Source of the DNA: an uncultured Bacillota bacterium
GTDB taxonomy: Bacteria; Bacillota_I; Bacilli_A; RF39; UBA660
Length of the DNA stretch: 64,000 nt
Direction: 5' to 3'
NCBI GenBank assembly: GCA_945867665.1
Contig: CAMBIR010000003.1
Coordinates: 18,757 to 82,756, forward strand
Shown: positions 17,222 to 28,236 of the stretch, piece by piece
Position numbering within the stretch: position 1 is the first letter of the stretch
How the letters are laid out: every line of letters begins with the position of its first letter
Program-made: the position numbers and the translations under genes
The notes under the pieces: generated by a model
Database searches by the model: none
What the model saw: only the letters and a program-made list of their open reading frames with translations
Told to the model about the DNA's origin: nothing

Positions 17222-18045
17222 AAAAATTATTAAGTACAATTTTAAGTATCATGCTAATTTTCTTCTTAATTCTACTATACAGTCGCTTTGTAGGAACAAT
17301 CGGTCTAGAAACCAATGAATTTTCGATAAAAACAAATTTAAATGATAATTTTAATGGCTTAAAAATAATTCAATTTTCTGATTTACATTATAAAAAAGTA
17401 ATCACTGAAAAAAGAATTAAAGAACTAATAAATGAAATCAATAAAAATAAACCAGATATTGTCTTCTTTACTGGAGACTTACTAGATAAAGATTATAAAC
17501 TAGAAAATAAAGACATTAATTTTTTAATAACAGAATTAAAAAAAATAAAAACAACCTATGGAATTTACGCCATTATGGGAGATAATGATTATTCTAATGA
17601 AGAAATATTAAAAAATATCTATCTTCAAAGTAACATCACCTTACTAAACAATGAATCTATTTATATTTATAATGAATTTAATGATAAAATAATCCTCCAA
17701 GGATTTGGTAGTTATTTAAAAAATTTTGACTTAAATAAAACCATCTCTTCCCTAGAAGAAGATAACACTACTTATAAAATATCCCTAGTACATGAACCTG
17801 ATGCAATAAATGATATTATAAAGCAAACGAATTCTCCATCGCTTATTTTAGCAGGACATTCTTTAAATGGTTCAATCAATATTCCTATTATTAAAACTTT
17901 TTTACTCCCTAACGGAGCAAAAAAATTTAAAGCAAATAAACAAAATAAAAATATTTATATTTCTAATGGAATCGGTGTAAATAATATTAATTTTAGATTA
18001 TTTAATACCCCTTCTATAAATTTATATCGTTTGTCAAACAAATAA
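17218..18045 (+). CDS. Calcineurin-like metallophosphoesterase
   Basis: 'FSDLHY', 'GDLLD' and 'GDND' motifs. N-terminal TM. Confidence 0.7.
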   Translation: MKKLLSTILSIMLIFFLILLYSRFVGTIGLETNEFSIKTNLNDNFNGLKIIQFSDLHYKKVITEKRIKELINEINKNKPDIVFFTGDLLDKDYKLENKDINFLITELKKIKTTYGIYAIMGDNDYSNEEILKNIYLQSNITLLNNESIYIYNEFNDKIILQGFGSYLKNFDLNKTISSLEEDNTTYKISLVHEPDAINDIIKQTNSPSLILAGHSLNGSINIPIIKTFLLPNGAKKFKANKQNKNIYISNGIGVNNINFRLFNTPSINLYRLSNK

Positions 18046-18149
18046 TAGCACCATTCGCTATTATTTTTCTTTTAAAAAATTGTTGATTTTCACCAAAAAT
18101 TATCATATAACGATAAAAAGAGGTGAAAATCGATCAAGCATCACCTAAA

Positions 18150-18461
18150 TTAAAGTTTATCTATTTCTTCACTAAAAACATCTCTTGCATTTTTAAGTAC
18201 ACGAATCAAATCATCCTTAGACATCTCTTTATTTTTCAAATTAGAAGAAGAATCAGAAAAAGTATTGGTAGAGTTAGAAACATTCTTCCAATCTCGCCTA
18301 AAATTCTCACTCCCCGAAGTACATAAAGTCTGTCCAATAAGCATAAAAAAATTCCCCAAAGCATTTTGTTCGTTACTATTTAATCGGTCAATTAAAACAT
18401 AACCAATCAAAAAAGCCGTAATCGTAATGAGTTTAGAATTTTCCCTATTTTGCCGATTCAT
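18150..18461 (-). CDS. Hypothetical small protein
   Basis: 103 aa ORF downstream of ORF 18492..19229. It is preferred over the overlapping plus-strand ORF, which is compositionally junk-like. Confidence 0.3.
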   Translation of the reverse strand: MNRQNRENSKLITITAFLIGYVLIDRLNSNEQNALGNFFMLIGQTLCTSGSENFRRDWKNVSNSTNTFSDSSSNLKNKEMSKDDLIRVLKNARDVFSEEIDKL

Positions 18462-18491
18462 AGTAAAGTATATGTCCTAACTTCTCTATCA

Positions 18492-19229
18492 TTACTTTCC
18501 CAAATACTCGCGAAATTTTTTTAAATCATCCAATAATCTTTTATTATCCTCTTCTTCTATCAAATCAACCCTATCCTTAGAAGATAAAAGTTCCTGATAA
18601 CTAATAATCGCATGTTCTTCTTGATTTTTTTCATAATCAGTAAGCTCAATCGTCTGAGGTTTTACCTCTTCTTCCAAACGTTTTGACAAATCTTTTAAAA
18701 ATTCCCTATTTTCTCTATTTTCCTTCTTCCTAGTGTTTGTACTTTGTCGAACAAATTCATTTAAATTAATCTCCCCACCCACTGCTTTTTTATCTATCAC
18801 ACCACAACTACTTCTCAACTCTTCTTCTCCTCTAATCCAATTTTTTTTAGGAATTTCCAATATTGGTTCTTGTTCAAGTTTTTGCTTTGAAACTTCTCCC
18901 ATTTGTTTTACTTCAGTTTTAATACCATTCCCCTCATTATATGCCTCTTTAGACAAATTACTTTTTTCAAGTACCATCTGCATTTTTTGAAAATTTTCTC
19001 GAGAAGTACTTTTAGGAATATCACCTTCATCCAAACGATGAATAGAAACAATATCTTGATTGATTTTTTTCGATAATAAATATTTTTTTTCTTGCTTAAA
19101 TTCTATTATTTCATGTAATAATTTTTCTTGCTTCTCCCGTAAACTCTTGTTTTCCTTCCATAAATGAACACAAAAAAGGAAAAACAAAAAAGTTGTAAAA
19201 AGAAAAAAAATACTCTCCATCCCAATCAC
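18492..19229 (-). CDS. Hypothetical membrane-anchored coiled-coil protein
   Basis: N-terminal TM 'FFLFTTFLFFLFCV' followed by a charged coiled-coil-like region. Confidence 0.4.
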   Translation of the reverse strand: MIGMESIFFLFTTFLFFLFCVHLWKENKSLREKQEKLLHEIIEFKQEKKYLLSKKINQDIVSIHRLDEGDIPKSTSRENFQKMQMVLEKSNLSKEAYNEGNGIKTEVKQMGEVSKQKLEQEPILEIPKKNWIRGEEELRSSCGVIDKKAVGGEINLNEFVRQSTNTRKKENRENREFLKDLSKRLEEEVKPQTIELTDYEKNQEEHAIISYQELLSSKDRVDLIEEEDNKRLLDDLKKFREYLGK

Positions 19230-19230
19230 C

Positions 19231-19938
19231 TTACTTCATAAAATTCACAATACTAGCAACATAAATCGCTGCTGTTTCTACCCTCATAATCAAACTACCA
19301 AAAGATACTGGAGAATAACCAAAAGAAAAAAGTTTTTCTTCTTCTCTATTCGTTAAACCACCTTCTGGCCCAATAACAAAAATAAAGTCACTACTTTCCT
19401 TAAAAGATTGAAAGTAATCAACATCTAAAATTTGCATCTTCTTCGTACTACAAACAAATTTTCTTTCATAAGAAATTCCAGCTAATTCATCTATCATAAT
19501 CGGCCGATAAACTAAAGGAATATCCACTCGTTTTGATTGTTCAGAAGCTTCCTTACAAATTTTTTGCCATCTTTCCATCTTTTTAGAAACCTTCTCTTCA
19601 CTAATCTTAACAACACATCTCTCCATCATAACTGGAATAATCTCAGATACACCAAGTTCCGTCAATTTTTGTAAAATTAAATCCATTTTTTGCTCCTTTA
19701 CCAAAGCAATCGCAACGGCTAGTCTTGGAGTATTAGAATTTATCTTTTCCATCGAAGATAAAATATGTACCCATTCACTTGATAAATCAACAATTTCACA
19801 AAGATAAAGAATACCCTCATAAACACATTCTATCTTATCCAAAATAGAATAACGCATAACATTTTTAATATGATGAACATCACTTTTTTCTAATTCTAAG
19901 TAATCTTCTCTTTTATTTTTAACAAAATATCGCTGCAT
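19231..19938 (-). CDS. rsmE: 16S rRNA (uracil1498-N3)-methyltransferase
   Basis: 235 aa with RsmE family motifs ('…GPEGGL…'). Confidence 0.75.
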   Translation of the reverse strand: MQRYFVKNKREDYLELEKSDVHHIKNVMRYSILDKIECVYEGILYLCEIVDLSSEWVHILSSMEKINSNTPRLAVAIALVKEQKMDLILQKLTELGVSEIIPVMMERCVVKISEEKVSKKMERWQKICKEASEQSKRVDIPLVYRPIMIDELAGISYERKFVCSTKKMQILDVDYFQSFKESSDFIFVIGPEGGLTNREEEKLFSFGYSPVSFGSLIMRVETAAIYVASIVNFMK

Positions 19939-19954
19939 ACCTTCTCACCACACC

Positions 19955-20698
19955 CTACTTACTCTGTTTTCTTTTCCTTCTTTTAACCCCAATCTCTAAA
20001 TTATCCTCTTTTCTAAACTCATCACAAGAATAAACTTCCACTTTTTTACAATGAATCTTCCCCATAACTTTTGAAGATAATTTACTAGAACCTAATAAAA
20101 GATTTTCTGTCTCTATCTTACTTCCTTTAGAAGAAGAAACAAATTTCAAGTCACTATATTTAAAAGATAAATTCTTACTAATAATTTTAGCCTCAACTAG
20201 ATTCCTTATCCCATTAATTTCAATATTATCTCCATCTAAACAAAGGGAATAATTATTCCAATTAACCTCATCACACACTTTTATAGAAATATCTCGCGCC
20301 CTAGCGATAATGGATAATCCCATATCACAAGATTTATCCATCACTACATTAAACTTCTCCATTGCTTCCCCACTAATTTGCTTAGAAGATAAATAATCTA
20401 AAAATCTAGGAGAAATCAAAGAAATATCCCCTCCCATAAACTGAACATATCTTCCCAAAAAAGTACAATTCTTTAAGATAAGTTTTGTATCTTTAGGACA
20501 ATGTAACTTAACATCATGATAAAATATCGCATTTTCAATAACTAAAACATCAATCTCTTCCCTGACTCGATAATCATCATACAAATCATATACATACCTT
20601 TCAAAAATAGTATTCAATATTTTATGTTTATTAGGAAAACGAAACTTTCTCCAACACATACTTTCATTTATCTGATAACCTACCAAAATATTTTCCAT
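19955..20698 (-). CDS. Hypothetical protein
   Basis: 247 aa with no recognisable motifs. Confidence 0.4.
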   Translation of the reverse strand: MENILVGYQINESMCWRKFRFPNKHKILNTIFERYVYDLYDDYRVREEIDVLVIENAIFYHDVKLHCPKDTKLILKNCTFLGRYVQFMGGDISLISPRFLDYLSSKQISGEAMEKFNVVMDKSCDMGLSIIARARDISIKVCDEVNWNNYSLCLDGDNIEINGIRNLVEAKIISKNLSFKYSDLKFVSSSKGSKIETENLLLGSSKLSSKVMGKIHCKKVEVYSCDEFRKEDNLEIGVKRRKRKQSK

Positions 20699-20720
20699 AA
20701 ACCATATCCTCCTTTAGTCC

Positions 20721-21815
20721 TTATTTTTTCTTTATCATTGAACGAATATTTTCTCGACCAAGACAATAAAAATCTGTAGTAAATCTCCCCATTAAGTACT
20801 TTTCTACCTCTAAATTTTCAAAATGATGAAAGCAAGAATACTTCTTAAAAATCTCACTCAATGAATAGAGCATATTTAAAGAAAAATCATTCCTTTTTTT
20901 ACAAACAAGAATTAAATTATTCAATCGATATAATTCTCTATCAAGTAAAATCAATTTTTGCCTAAACGCATAATTTTCATAAATAGACACAATAATATGA
21001 TAATTTAATTTTAAGTACTCTTCTTCATCATAATGCACATCCATTTTTATCCGATTGCTTACTCTATCTAAATAAAAAAGTTTAGAACAAACTGGGGAAA
21101 CATAACAAACATTAGCATATCTCTTACTAAGACTTTTCAAAGAAGCATTAATAATTTCTGAAAAATGAAGGCCTAAAACATCAGGAACACCACACAAATA
21201 TATCTGTGTCGTTGAGCCATTAATTCGATTCATCATCTGAAAATAATCCAAAATAGAACTTAAACGATTAAAATCATCTCTTTTTTCAAAAAGAAAAGTT
21301 GTAACCATTTTTTTCTTATCAAAAAATGTCTTAGTAAGCGAATTTGTACATCCTTGATAAACAATTACATTCGCAAGTCCTTCTGCACTTTCTAAAACTA
21401 AATCACGAATTCCCTTATCAAAATAAGAGGAAGAATAAGGAGGCATATTCTCCCTATTATCTAACTGATACAAAGAAAAGCAATCAAAAATATTCGTATA
21501 ATCTTTAAAATTCATCTCTAAGATTGAAGACTCCTTAACATTATTTACAAGAAAAGAATAAATGTCCACCTCGCTATTTCCCCTAACACAAGCAAAATGA
21601 TACCTCTCTAAAGCAATAGATGCCTCATCCATAACATCACTTAAAGACAAATTTCTATATAATAGTAACTGATTTCCCCTTACAAGAGATAATCCAAGAG
21701 CAAGAGAATTACCCAAACTAGTAAGCCTAAAATGAGTAATTCCTAATTCCATAAATTTATCCGCTAATTTTTTATTCATCAAAATTAAATCTTTTCTTTT
21801 CATAAAAACCCCCAT
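20721..21815 (-). CDS. Hypothetical protein
   Basis: 364 aa with no recognisable motifs. Confidence 0.4.
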   Translation of the reverse strand: MGVFMKRKDLILMNKKLADKFMELGITHFRLTSLGNSLALGLSLVRGNQLLLYRNLSLSDVMDEASIALERYHFACVRGNSEVDIYSFLVNNVKESSILEMNFKDYTNIFDCFSLYQLDNRENMPPYSSSYFDKGIRDLVLESAEGLANVIVYQGCTNSLTKTFFDKKKMVTTFLFEKRDDFNRLSSILDYFQMMNRINGSTTQIYLCGVPDVLGLHFSEIINASLKSLSKRYANVCYVSPVCSKLFYLDRVSNRIKMDVHYDEEEYLKLNYHIIVSIYENYAFRQKLILLDRELYRLNNLILVCKKRNDFSLNMLYSLSEIFKKYSCFHHFENLEVEKYLMGRFTTDFYCLGRENIRSMIKKK

Positions 21816-21847
21816 TTTTTAAAAGCAAAATTTAATATACAATAAAA

Positions 21848-23149
21848 TCAATCAATATTCAAGTTCTTTTTTAAAGATTCCTTTAAATCTCTCTCTAATT
21901 TACTAATATCATTTGGACTCATAAAAGCAAATACAGTATTATCATAACAAGACAACAAAGCCCCATCATCAAGAGAAATAGAAGAAGCATTATCCAACTC
22001 ATCAATAATTAAATTAGAAGTTACACCAGGATAATCTTCTTGCCTTTCTCTCGCAGGATGAATTGGTAAAATATAACTTTTATCTGCTACTTGAAAAACC
22101 TGAGCCAAGGCATCCGCAAACTCCCTTGTTCTAGAAAAAGTATGCGGTTGAAAAATAATCACCAAATGTTTATCTGGATACTTCTGACGTATCGCATTTA
22201 TTGTAGCCTCTACTTCCTTAGGATGATGTGCATAATCATCAATAATCACATTATTTCCAACAACTTCTTCTGTAAATCGACGCTTAGCCCCATGAAATTT
22301 TGCTAACTGTCTAGATACTGAAGAATAATCGACTCCCTCATACATAGAAACCGCAATAACCGCTAACGCATCCAATAACTGATGCTTTCCAAATAAAGGC
22401 AAAGAAAAATGTCCATAAGAAGGAACATCAAAAGAAATTCCCTTTTCACTATAAACAACATTTGTAGCCCTTACATCATTATTTTCTTCTAATCCATAAT
22501 AAAGTACCTTTTTCTCCAACTTCATCTTTCTAGTATAAGGATCATCCCCATAAGCAATAACAACCTCACTAGCATGATTTGCATAGCTAGTATAAGCATC
22601 AATAATATCATCAATATCATGGTAATAATCTACATGATCCAAATCAATATTAGTAATAACCGCAATATAAGGATGATAAGCTAAAAAATGTCTTTTATAC
22701 TCACAAGACTCCAAAGCAAAATAAGTATTTTCTCTCCTTCCACATCCAGTACCATCCCCAATTAAATAATTAATACCAACACCTTCAAAGGCTAAAGCCA
22801 TCATATTCGTAGTTGTCGTCTTCCCATGACATCCAGCAATACAAATTGTTTTAAATTTCTTCGTTAATTCTCCTACCATTTCATTATATTCATAAATCTT
22901 TAAATCTAACTCTCTTGCCCGCTTTAACTCAACATTATCTTCCCGAATAGAAGCCCCCTTAATAATCGTATACCCAGAATGGATATTTTCTTCTTGATAT
23001 TCATAAAAAGGAATTTGATTACGAATCAACTCAGACTCTGTAAAGAAATGTTTACCTAAATCACTTCCCATAACCTCATAACCTAACTGTTTTAAAATAA
23101 CCGCTAAAGCACTCATTCCAGTCCCCTTAATTCCAATAAAATAATACAT
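21848..23149 (-). CDS. murC: UDP-N-acetylmuramate--L-alanine ligase
   Basis: 'GIKGTGMSALA' N-terminus and the Mur ligase 'GCHGKTTT' P-loop. Confidence 0.85.
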   Translation of the reverse strand: MYYFIGIKGTGMSALAVILKQLGYEVMGSDLGKHFFTESELIRNQIPFYEYQEENIHSGYTIIKGASIREDNVELKRARELDLKIYEYNEMVGELTKKFKTICIAGCHGKTTTTNMMALAFEGVGINYLIGDGTGCGRRENTYFALESCEYKRHFLAYHPYIAVITNIDLDHVDYYHDIDDIIDAYTSYANHASEVVIAYGDDPYTRKMKLEKKVLYYGLEENNDVRATNVVYSEKGISFDVPSYGHFSLPLFGKHQLLDALAVIAVSMYEGVDYSSVSRQLAKFHGAKRRFTEEVVGNNVIIDDYAHHPKEVEATINAIRQKYPDKHLVIIFQPHTFSRTREFADALAQVFQVADKSYILPIHPARERQEDYPGVTSNLIIDELDNASSISLDDGALLSCYDNTVFAFMSPNDISKLERDLKESLKKNLNID

Positions 23150-23661
23150 TATCTACCCCTACCTTTCTTCTCATTTTCTTCTTCTAAATAATATAAATCT
23201 TCATTCATCATCTGTCTTCTAACCACTTGATAGCGTTCCTTTTGAACATTTTTAAAAAATAGGACTTTCAATTGATTAATTATTTGTTGTAACTGATTAA
23301 GATAAATACTCCCATAAGTATTTCCTAAATAATGAATATAACGCGATAACAAATTTACTCTAAGTTTCTCAGCATCAATGATAACCCTCTCCACATCTCC
23401 ACTACTACCATCTTCCCCTTCAAGTTCCTCTAAAGCCTTTTTAAAATACTTTAATTTAATTTCCACTTTCTTTCGAATCAACTTTTCTTGCAAAGTAGGA
23501 TTGATAAAAATAATCTTATGAACATCAATTGCATCTTCTATTTTTGTTTTAGGCCTAATGGGATACCCTTTAATCTTATCATATTCTAAATATAAAATTT
23601 CTCCTGATTTCTTATCTTTATGTAAGTAATAATTTTTTCTCTCCATCCTTTTATTCCCCAT
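23149..23661 (-). CDS. Hypothetical protein, basic and coiled
   Basis: 170 aa. Its ends overlap those of trmD and murC. Confidence 0.4.
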   Translation of the reverse strand: MGNKRMERKNYYLHKDKKSGEILYLEYDKIKGYPIRPKTKIEDAIDVHKIIFINPTLQEKLIRKKVEIKLKYFKKALEELEGEDGSSGDVERVIIDAEKLRVNLLSRYIHYLGNTYGSIYLNQLQQIINQLKVLFFKNVQKERYQVVRRQMMNEDLYYLEEENEKKGRGR

Positions 23662-24304
23662 TCCTTCGCTTAGTAAGTTCCACTCTCTTCTCTTCTCGCC
23701 AATTCCTTATTTTTTCATGATGACCACTAAGTAAAACATCAGGCACTCGCATTCCTCGAAATTCCTCAGGTCTTGTATAAACTGGATAATCTACCATTCC
23801 ATCCGTAAAAGTCTCACTAACCAAACTTTCCTTATTAATTACCCCAGGAATTAATCTGGTAACCGCATCCGTAATTGCCATAGCAGGAATTTCTCCACCT
23901 GTTAAAACAAATTCTCCAATCGATACTTCTAGATCAACAATTGACTTAATTCTCTCATCAAAACCTTCATAATGACCACAAAGTAAAATCAAATGAGAAA
24001 ATTTTGAAAACTCCACGGCTACTTTTTCCGTAAATAACCTTCCTGATGGACTCATCATCGCAACAACACTATCTTCCCTTCGTAAATCTTCAATCGCAGC
24101 AAAAACCGGTTCACACATCATCACCATACCAGCCCCACCACCATATTGATAATCATCAACAGACTTATTTTTAAAAGGGGAATAATCACGAATGTTATGA
24201 ACCTCAATTTGAACAAGTCCCTTTTGAATTGCCCTCTTGATAATAGACTCATTCAAAAAACCACTAAACATTTCTGGAAACAAAGTTAAAATATCAATCT
24301 TCAT
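23651..24304 (-). CDS. trmD: tRNA (guanine37-N1)-methyltransferase
   Basis: 'MKIDILTLFPEMF…YQYGGGAGMVM' TrmD signature. Confidence 0.9.
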   Translation of the reverse strand: MKIDILTLFPEMFSGFLNESIIKRAIQKGLVQIEVHNIRDYSPFKNKSVDDYQYGGGAGMVMMCEPVFAAIEDLRREDSVVAMMSPSGRLFTEKVAVEFSKFSHLILLCGHYEGFDERIKSIVDLEVSIGEFVLTGGEIPAMAITDAVTRLIPGVINKESLVSETFTDGMVDYPVYTRPEEFRGMRVPDVLLSGHHEKIRNWREEKRVELTKRRNGE

Positions 24305-24417
24305 AACGCACCCTCTAACTATTACTTACTATTATACCATCAATTAATAGCCCCATAATCTTTTTACCTATTTGTTTACAAAAAATAAGAAAAAAGAAAA
24401 CAACGATTAAACAACAT

Positions 24418-24921
24418 TTAATCAAACAACCCAGAAATATCCTCCAAAATAATTCCCTCTTTCAGATTAATTTCCTTAACTACCCCCTTAACATAAGGAA
24501 TATAATATTTTCCCCTATCATTTACAACAACTAACCTGTCTTGTTTTTCTCTAAGTACTTTAGATACTTTCCCCTTTTCTTCACCATTCATCAAAACTTT
24601 CATTCCAATCAAATCTTCATCTAACACTTCACCACGCTCAAGTTTTAAATCATCTTTTTTAATATAAACAGCCTCTCCTTTATATTTAAGTACCTCATTA
24701 ATATTTGCATATCCTCTCATTACAATCATATCATAATTCTTATGTACTCGGTAACTATCAATAACTTCCTTATCTTTCTTTTTTCCAATATAAATTGCAA
24801 ATCCCTTAACAAAAATACGACTCTTATATCGAAAATTAGAAATAATTCTAACCTCCCCCTTAATTCCATGGGTATTTACAATTTTACCTAAATAAATATA
24901 CTCCATATTTTTCTCTCCCAC
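24418..24921 (-). CDS. rimM: Ribosome maturation factor RimM
   Basis: 'LGKIVNTHGIKGEVRI' RimM N-terminal motif. Sits upstream of trmD. Confidence 0.85.
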   Translation of the reverse strand: MGEKNMEYIYLGKIVNTHGIKGEVRIISNFRYKSRIFVKGFAIYIGKKKDKEVIDSYRVHKNYDMIVMRGYANINEVLKYKGEAVYIKKDDLKLERGEVLDEDLIGMKVLMNGEEKGKVSKVLREKQDRLVVVNDRGKYYIPYVKGVVKEINLKEGIILEDISGLFD

Positions 24922-25662
24922 TTATTTATTACTAATCTCATATAACAAAATGGAAGCCGCTACACTCGCATTCAAACTCTCACAATTTCCATTCATCTTA
25001 ATATATAAAAATTGATCACACAACGCTTCAATTTTTTCACTAATTCCTTGTCCTTCATTTCCAATAATAAGCGCAAAATGAGAATAAATAGCGGCCTCTC
25101 GAACATCACACCCATTGGTAACTTTTGTTCCAATAATTTTATAATCCCTCTCTCTTAATTCTTTAATCACATCTTCTGTATTTCTGACAATAATAGGAAG
25201 ATGAAACATCATTCCCTGACTAGCCCTAACTACCTTAGAATTATAAACATCAACACAATCAGGACTACAAATAAGCGTATCAATATTAAAAGCAACCGCA
25301 CTTCGAATAATGGTTCCCAAATTTCCTGGATCTTGAATTCTATCCAAAATCAAAACCCTCTCTCCAATCTTCTCTTGTCTTCCAGGCATCATCGCTACCC
25401 CCATTACTGTAGGAGGAGTAGAAGTTGAAGACAACTTTTTTAATACTTCACCAGACACATACAATGTCTCAACATCCAAAGGAAAAATCTCATTTTGTTC
25501 CAAAATAAGTTCCTTTAATAAACCAGCACGATAAGCCTCAATAACCAAATGTTTTGTCTCAAGCAAAAATTCCATAGATTTATCACGATATTTTTTTTCC
25601 TTTAATTTTTCTAAGTTTTTAATATGTTCATTATGAACAGACGTAATTAACACCAGCATCAA
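24922..25662 (-). CDS. TrmH/SpoU-family RNA 2'-O-methyltransferase
   Basis: SPOUT motifs 'LILDRIQDPGNLGTIIRSA' and 'LIIGNEGQGIS'. Confidence 0.75.
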   Translation of the reverse strand: MMLVLITSVHNEHIKNLEKLKEKKYRDKSMEFLLETKHLVIEAYRAGLLKELILEQNEIFPLDVETLYVSGEVLKKLSSTSTPPTVMGVAMMPGRQEKIGERVLILDRIQDPGNLGTIIRSAVAFNIDTLICSPDCVDVYNSKVVRASQGMMFHLPIIVRNTEDVIKELRERDYKIIGTKVTNGCDVREAAIYSHFALIIGNEGQGISEKIEALCDQFLYIKMNGNCESLNASVAASILLYEISNK

Positions 25663-26309
25663 CTCCTTAACATTAATCTAATTTTCTTATAATTTGGACA
25701 ATACTTTGAAACATATCTCCAAAAATTTTTAGAATGATTTGCCTCCAAAAAATGACAAAGTTCATGAATAATAACATAATCTAAACACTTAATATCATAA
25801 CAAATCAACTCACTATTTAAAGTAACATAACACTCTTTTATATGACAAACGCCCCATCTTGACTTCATCGGAATAATTTTCAAATTACAATCAGGAATTT
25901 TTTCCTCCATCGATTCCCTTAACATTTTTAAACGGCGAAAAAAAAGTTCTTTTGTATATTCTTTTATCCAAGATTCCAAAAATTCTCTTGTTGAAACATA
26001 AATAACTTCTCCCTCTATCACAGGCAAATCATGAATACCATCTTCTATCACTTGATAGCACTTTCCCAAGAAAAAAAACTTACCCTTCTGACATTTCTTT
26101 CTCTCATCTCTATCAATCATTGCCTCAATTTTAGTCCTTGACTCTTCAAGTAAATCATAAATTTTTCTCTTTGAAACCAAATAAGAAGTCGTCACCACAA
26201 CAGTTCCTTCTTTAATACGAATATAAGTATTTTTATTTCTTTTTTTTACAATAACAATAGGATAATTTTTCCCTAAATAATGAAATTCTTCTCTCATTGA
26301 TAATAACAC
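25659..26309 (-). CDS. YgjP/DUF45-like zinc metallopeptidase
   Basis: 'HELCHF' HExxH motif near the C-terminus. Confidence 0.6.
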   Translation of the reverse strand: MLLSMREEFHYLGKNYPIVIVKKRNKNTYIRIKEGTVVVTTSYLVSKRKIYDLLEESRTKIEAMIDRDERKKCQKGKFFFLGKCYQVIEDGIHDLPVIEGEVIYVSTREFLESWIKEYTKELFFRRLKMLRESMEEKIPDCNLKIIPMKSRWGVCHIKECYVTLNSELICYDIKCLDYVIIHELCHFLEANHSKNFWRYVSKYCPNYKKIRLMLRS

Positions 26310-26821
26310 ACAAATTTTGGAAACCGTCCTATTTTTTTAATAAAGAAGTAAATTTTTGAAGAATCCATCTCTAAATATCGTCCTACTTCTTTATCATAGG
26401 AAGAAAAAGCATATTCCACCCGATTCCAATTCACCTCTAATTTTTCTCTCAAATCTAAATATTCCTGATTTTTTTTCAAACTAGGATAAACACTCTCTAA
26501 CCTAGCAAAATCTGAAAAAATATTACTAAGCCCCCGAATCTTTGAGAATCCTTCCTCAGGATGATTTTTAAAAATCTCCTCATAACTTCTCTTTAAAGAC
26601 AAAATATAATCTTCCTCATTTTGAAAAGATTTCTCTAAAAACGTAATAATTTCCAAAATCAATTTTCCTTCCTCTTTTAAATATTCAAAAACATTAGAAT
26701 ACTGAATTTTAACTCTTTCCCTCTCATTTACTACTTGATTATAAAAATACAAAAGAACTAGTATTCCTAAAATTAAAATTCCAAATATCATAACGATAAT
26801 CACATAACCATCCATATTCAT
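26294..26821 (-). CDS. LemA family protein
   Basis: N-terminal TM. 'YNQVVNERERVKIQYSNV' is LemA-like. Confidence 0.65.
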   Translation of the reverse strand: MNMDGYVIIVMIFGILILGILVLLYFYNQVVNERERVKIQYSNVFEYLKEEGKLILEIITFLEKSFQNEEDYILSLKRSYEEIFKNHPEEGFSKIRGLSNIFSDFARLESVYPSLKKNQEYLDLREKLEVNWNRVEYAFSSYDKEVGRYLEMDSSKIYFFIKKIGRFPKFVCYYQ

Positions 26822-26897
26822 TCCTCCTTATGTCATTATACAATAATATTTTTAAATTTACTAGATTAAACCATCAAGAAAAAGCATATATTGTATT

Positions 26898-28184
26898 ATG
26901 AAAAATAACTTTATTAAATCAACAATTATTTTAATCATTGGTGGATTCATTAGTAAAATCTTAAGCATGATAATAAAAATTATCTTAACTAGAACAATTT
27001 CTACTAAAGGAATTGGCATCTATTCCCTAATTCTTCCTACCTTCAATCTCTTTATCACACTCTGCTCCCTAGGACTTCCTATCGCCATTTCTAAACAAAT
27101 TAGTGAGCAAAGAAAAAAAGCAAAAGAAATCATTCTCCCCATTATTCCTCTAACTCTTCTCTTTGATGTATTTTTAATAATAATCTTATTTATTCTCTCT
27201 CCCCTACTAAGCAATTTTCTTTTAAAAAATAAAATGACTTACTACCCCTTAATCGCAATCGGTCTAACGCTTCCCTTCATCAGTATTTCTTCTATCCTAA
27301 AAGGCTATTTCTTTGGCAAAGAAAAAATGTTTCCAACAACCTTTTCTAACATCACCGAACAACTCATTCGTCTTATTTTGACTCTAACCCTAATCAAATA
27401 TCTAATGAAGTACTCTCTTAGCATTGCTATCACTGGCGTTGTCTTAATCAATATCCTAAGTGAAGGGATCTCCATTATTACTCTCCTTCTCTTTATTCCA
27501 AAACACGAAAAAATATCATTTTCTGATTTTAAGTTAGACCAAAGTCAAATCAAAGACTTACTAGATATCAGTCTTCCTACAATAGGAAGTAGATTAATTG
27601 GTTCGATTACCTATTTCCTAGAACCGATTCTTTTAACTTACGCTCTAACAAACTCAGGATATTCCATAAATGATATTACCATTGAATATGGAATCATTAA
27701 TGGCTATGTCTATCCCCTTTTACTCCTTCCTTCTTTCTTTACCATGGCAGTATCCAGTGCTCTCTTACCCGTTGTTTCTAATGCCTACTCTAAACGAAAT
27801 TATTCCTACACAAGATATAAAATCAAACAAGCATTAGTAATCTCCCTTATTATCGGCATTCCCTGTACCCTTCTTTTCATGAGCGTGCCAAAATATTTTC
27901 TAAACACCATCTACAATACAAACGAAGGACTTACTTACATTAAAATAATTGCCCCTTTCTTCCTTTTACATTACATTCAAGGACCATTAACAGCCAGTAT
28001 GCAAGCAATGAACAAAGCAAAAGAAGCAATGCTAGGAACACTATACGGATCTATCATAAGATGTATCTTATTACTCACCCTCTCTTTTCTTCATATTGGA
28101 CTATGGGGACTATTAATTGCTACAATCACAAATATTATCTTTATTACCATCCATCACTTTTACTATGTCTTTCATTCAACTTAA
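26898..28184 (+). CDS. MOP-superfamily oligosaccharide flippase (polysaccharide biosynthesis, SpoVB-like)
   Basis: 428 aa multi-TM protein. The N-terminal 'IIGGFISKILSMIIKIILTR' is typical of the Wzx/SpoVB family. Confidence 0.6.
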   Translation: MKNNFIKSTIILIIGGFISKILSMIIKIILTRTISTKGIGIYSLILPTFNLFITLCSLGLPIAISKQISEQRKKAKEIILPIIPLTLLFDVFLIIILFILSPLLSNFLLKNKMTYYPLIAIGLTLPFISISSILKGYFFGKEKMFPTTFSNITEQLIRLILTLTLIKYLMKYSLSIAITGVVLINILSEGISIITLLLFIPKHEKISFSDFKLDQSQIKDLLDISLPTIGSRLIGSITYFLEPILLTYALTNSGYSINDITIEYGIINGYVYPLLLLPSFFTMAVSSALLPVVSNAYSKRNYSYTRYKIKQALVISLIIGIPCTLLFMSVPKYFLNTIYNTNEGLTYIKIIAPFFLLHYIQGPLTASMQAMNKAKEAMLGTLYGSIIRCILLLTLSFLHIGLWGLLIATITNIIFITIHHFYYVFHST

Positions 28185-28236
28185 AAAAGACTAGTATTCT
28201 TTCTAATAATCTTTCTAATACCAGTCTTTTTACTCA

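Noticed and set aside
18123-18326. 67-aa plus-strand ORF overlapping minus ORF 18150..18461
   Set aside because: Its composition looks like junk ('…IRRRIRKSIGRVRNILPISPKILTPRST') and it overlaps a more plausible minus-strand ORF.
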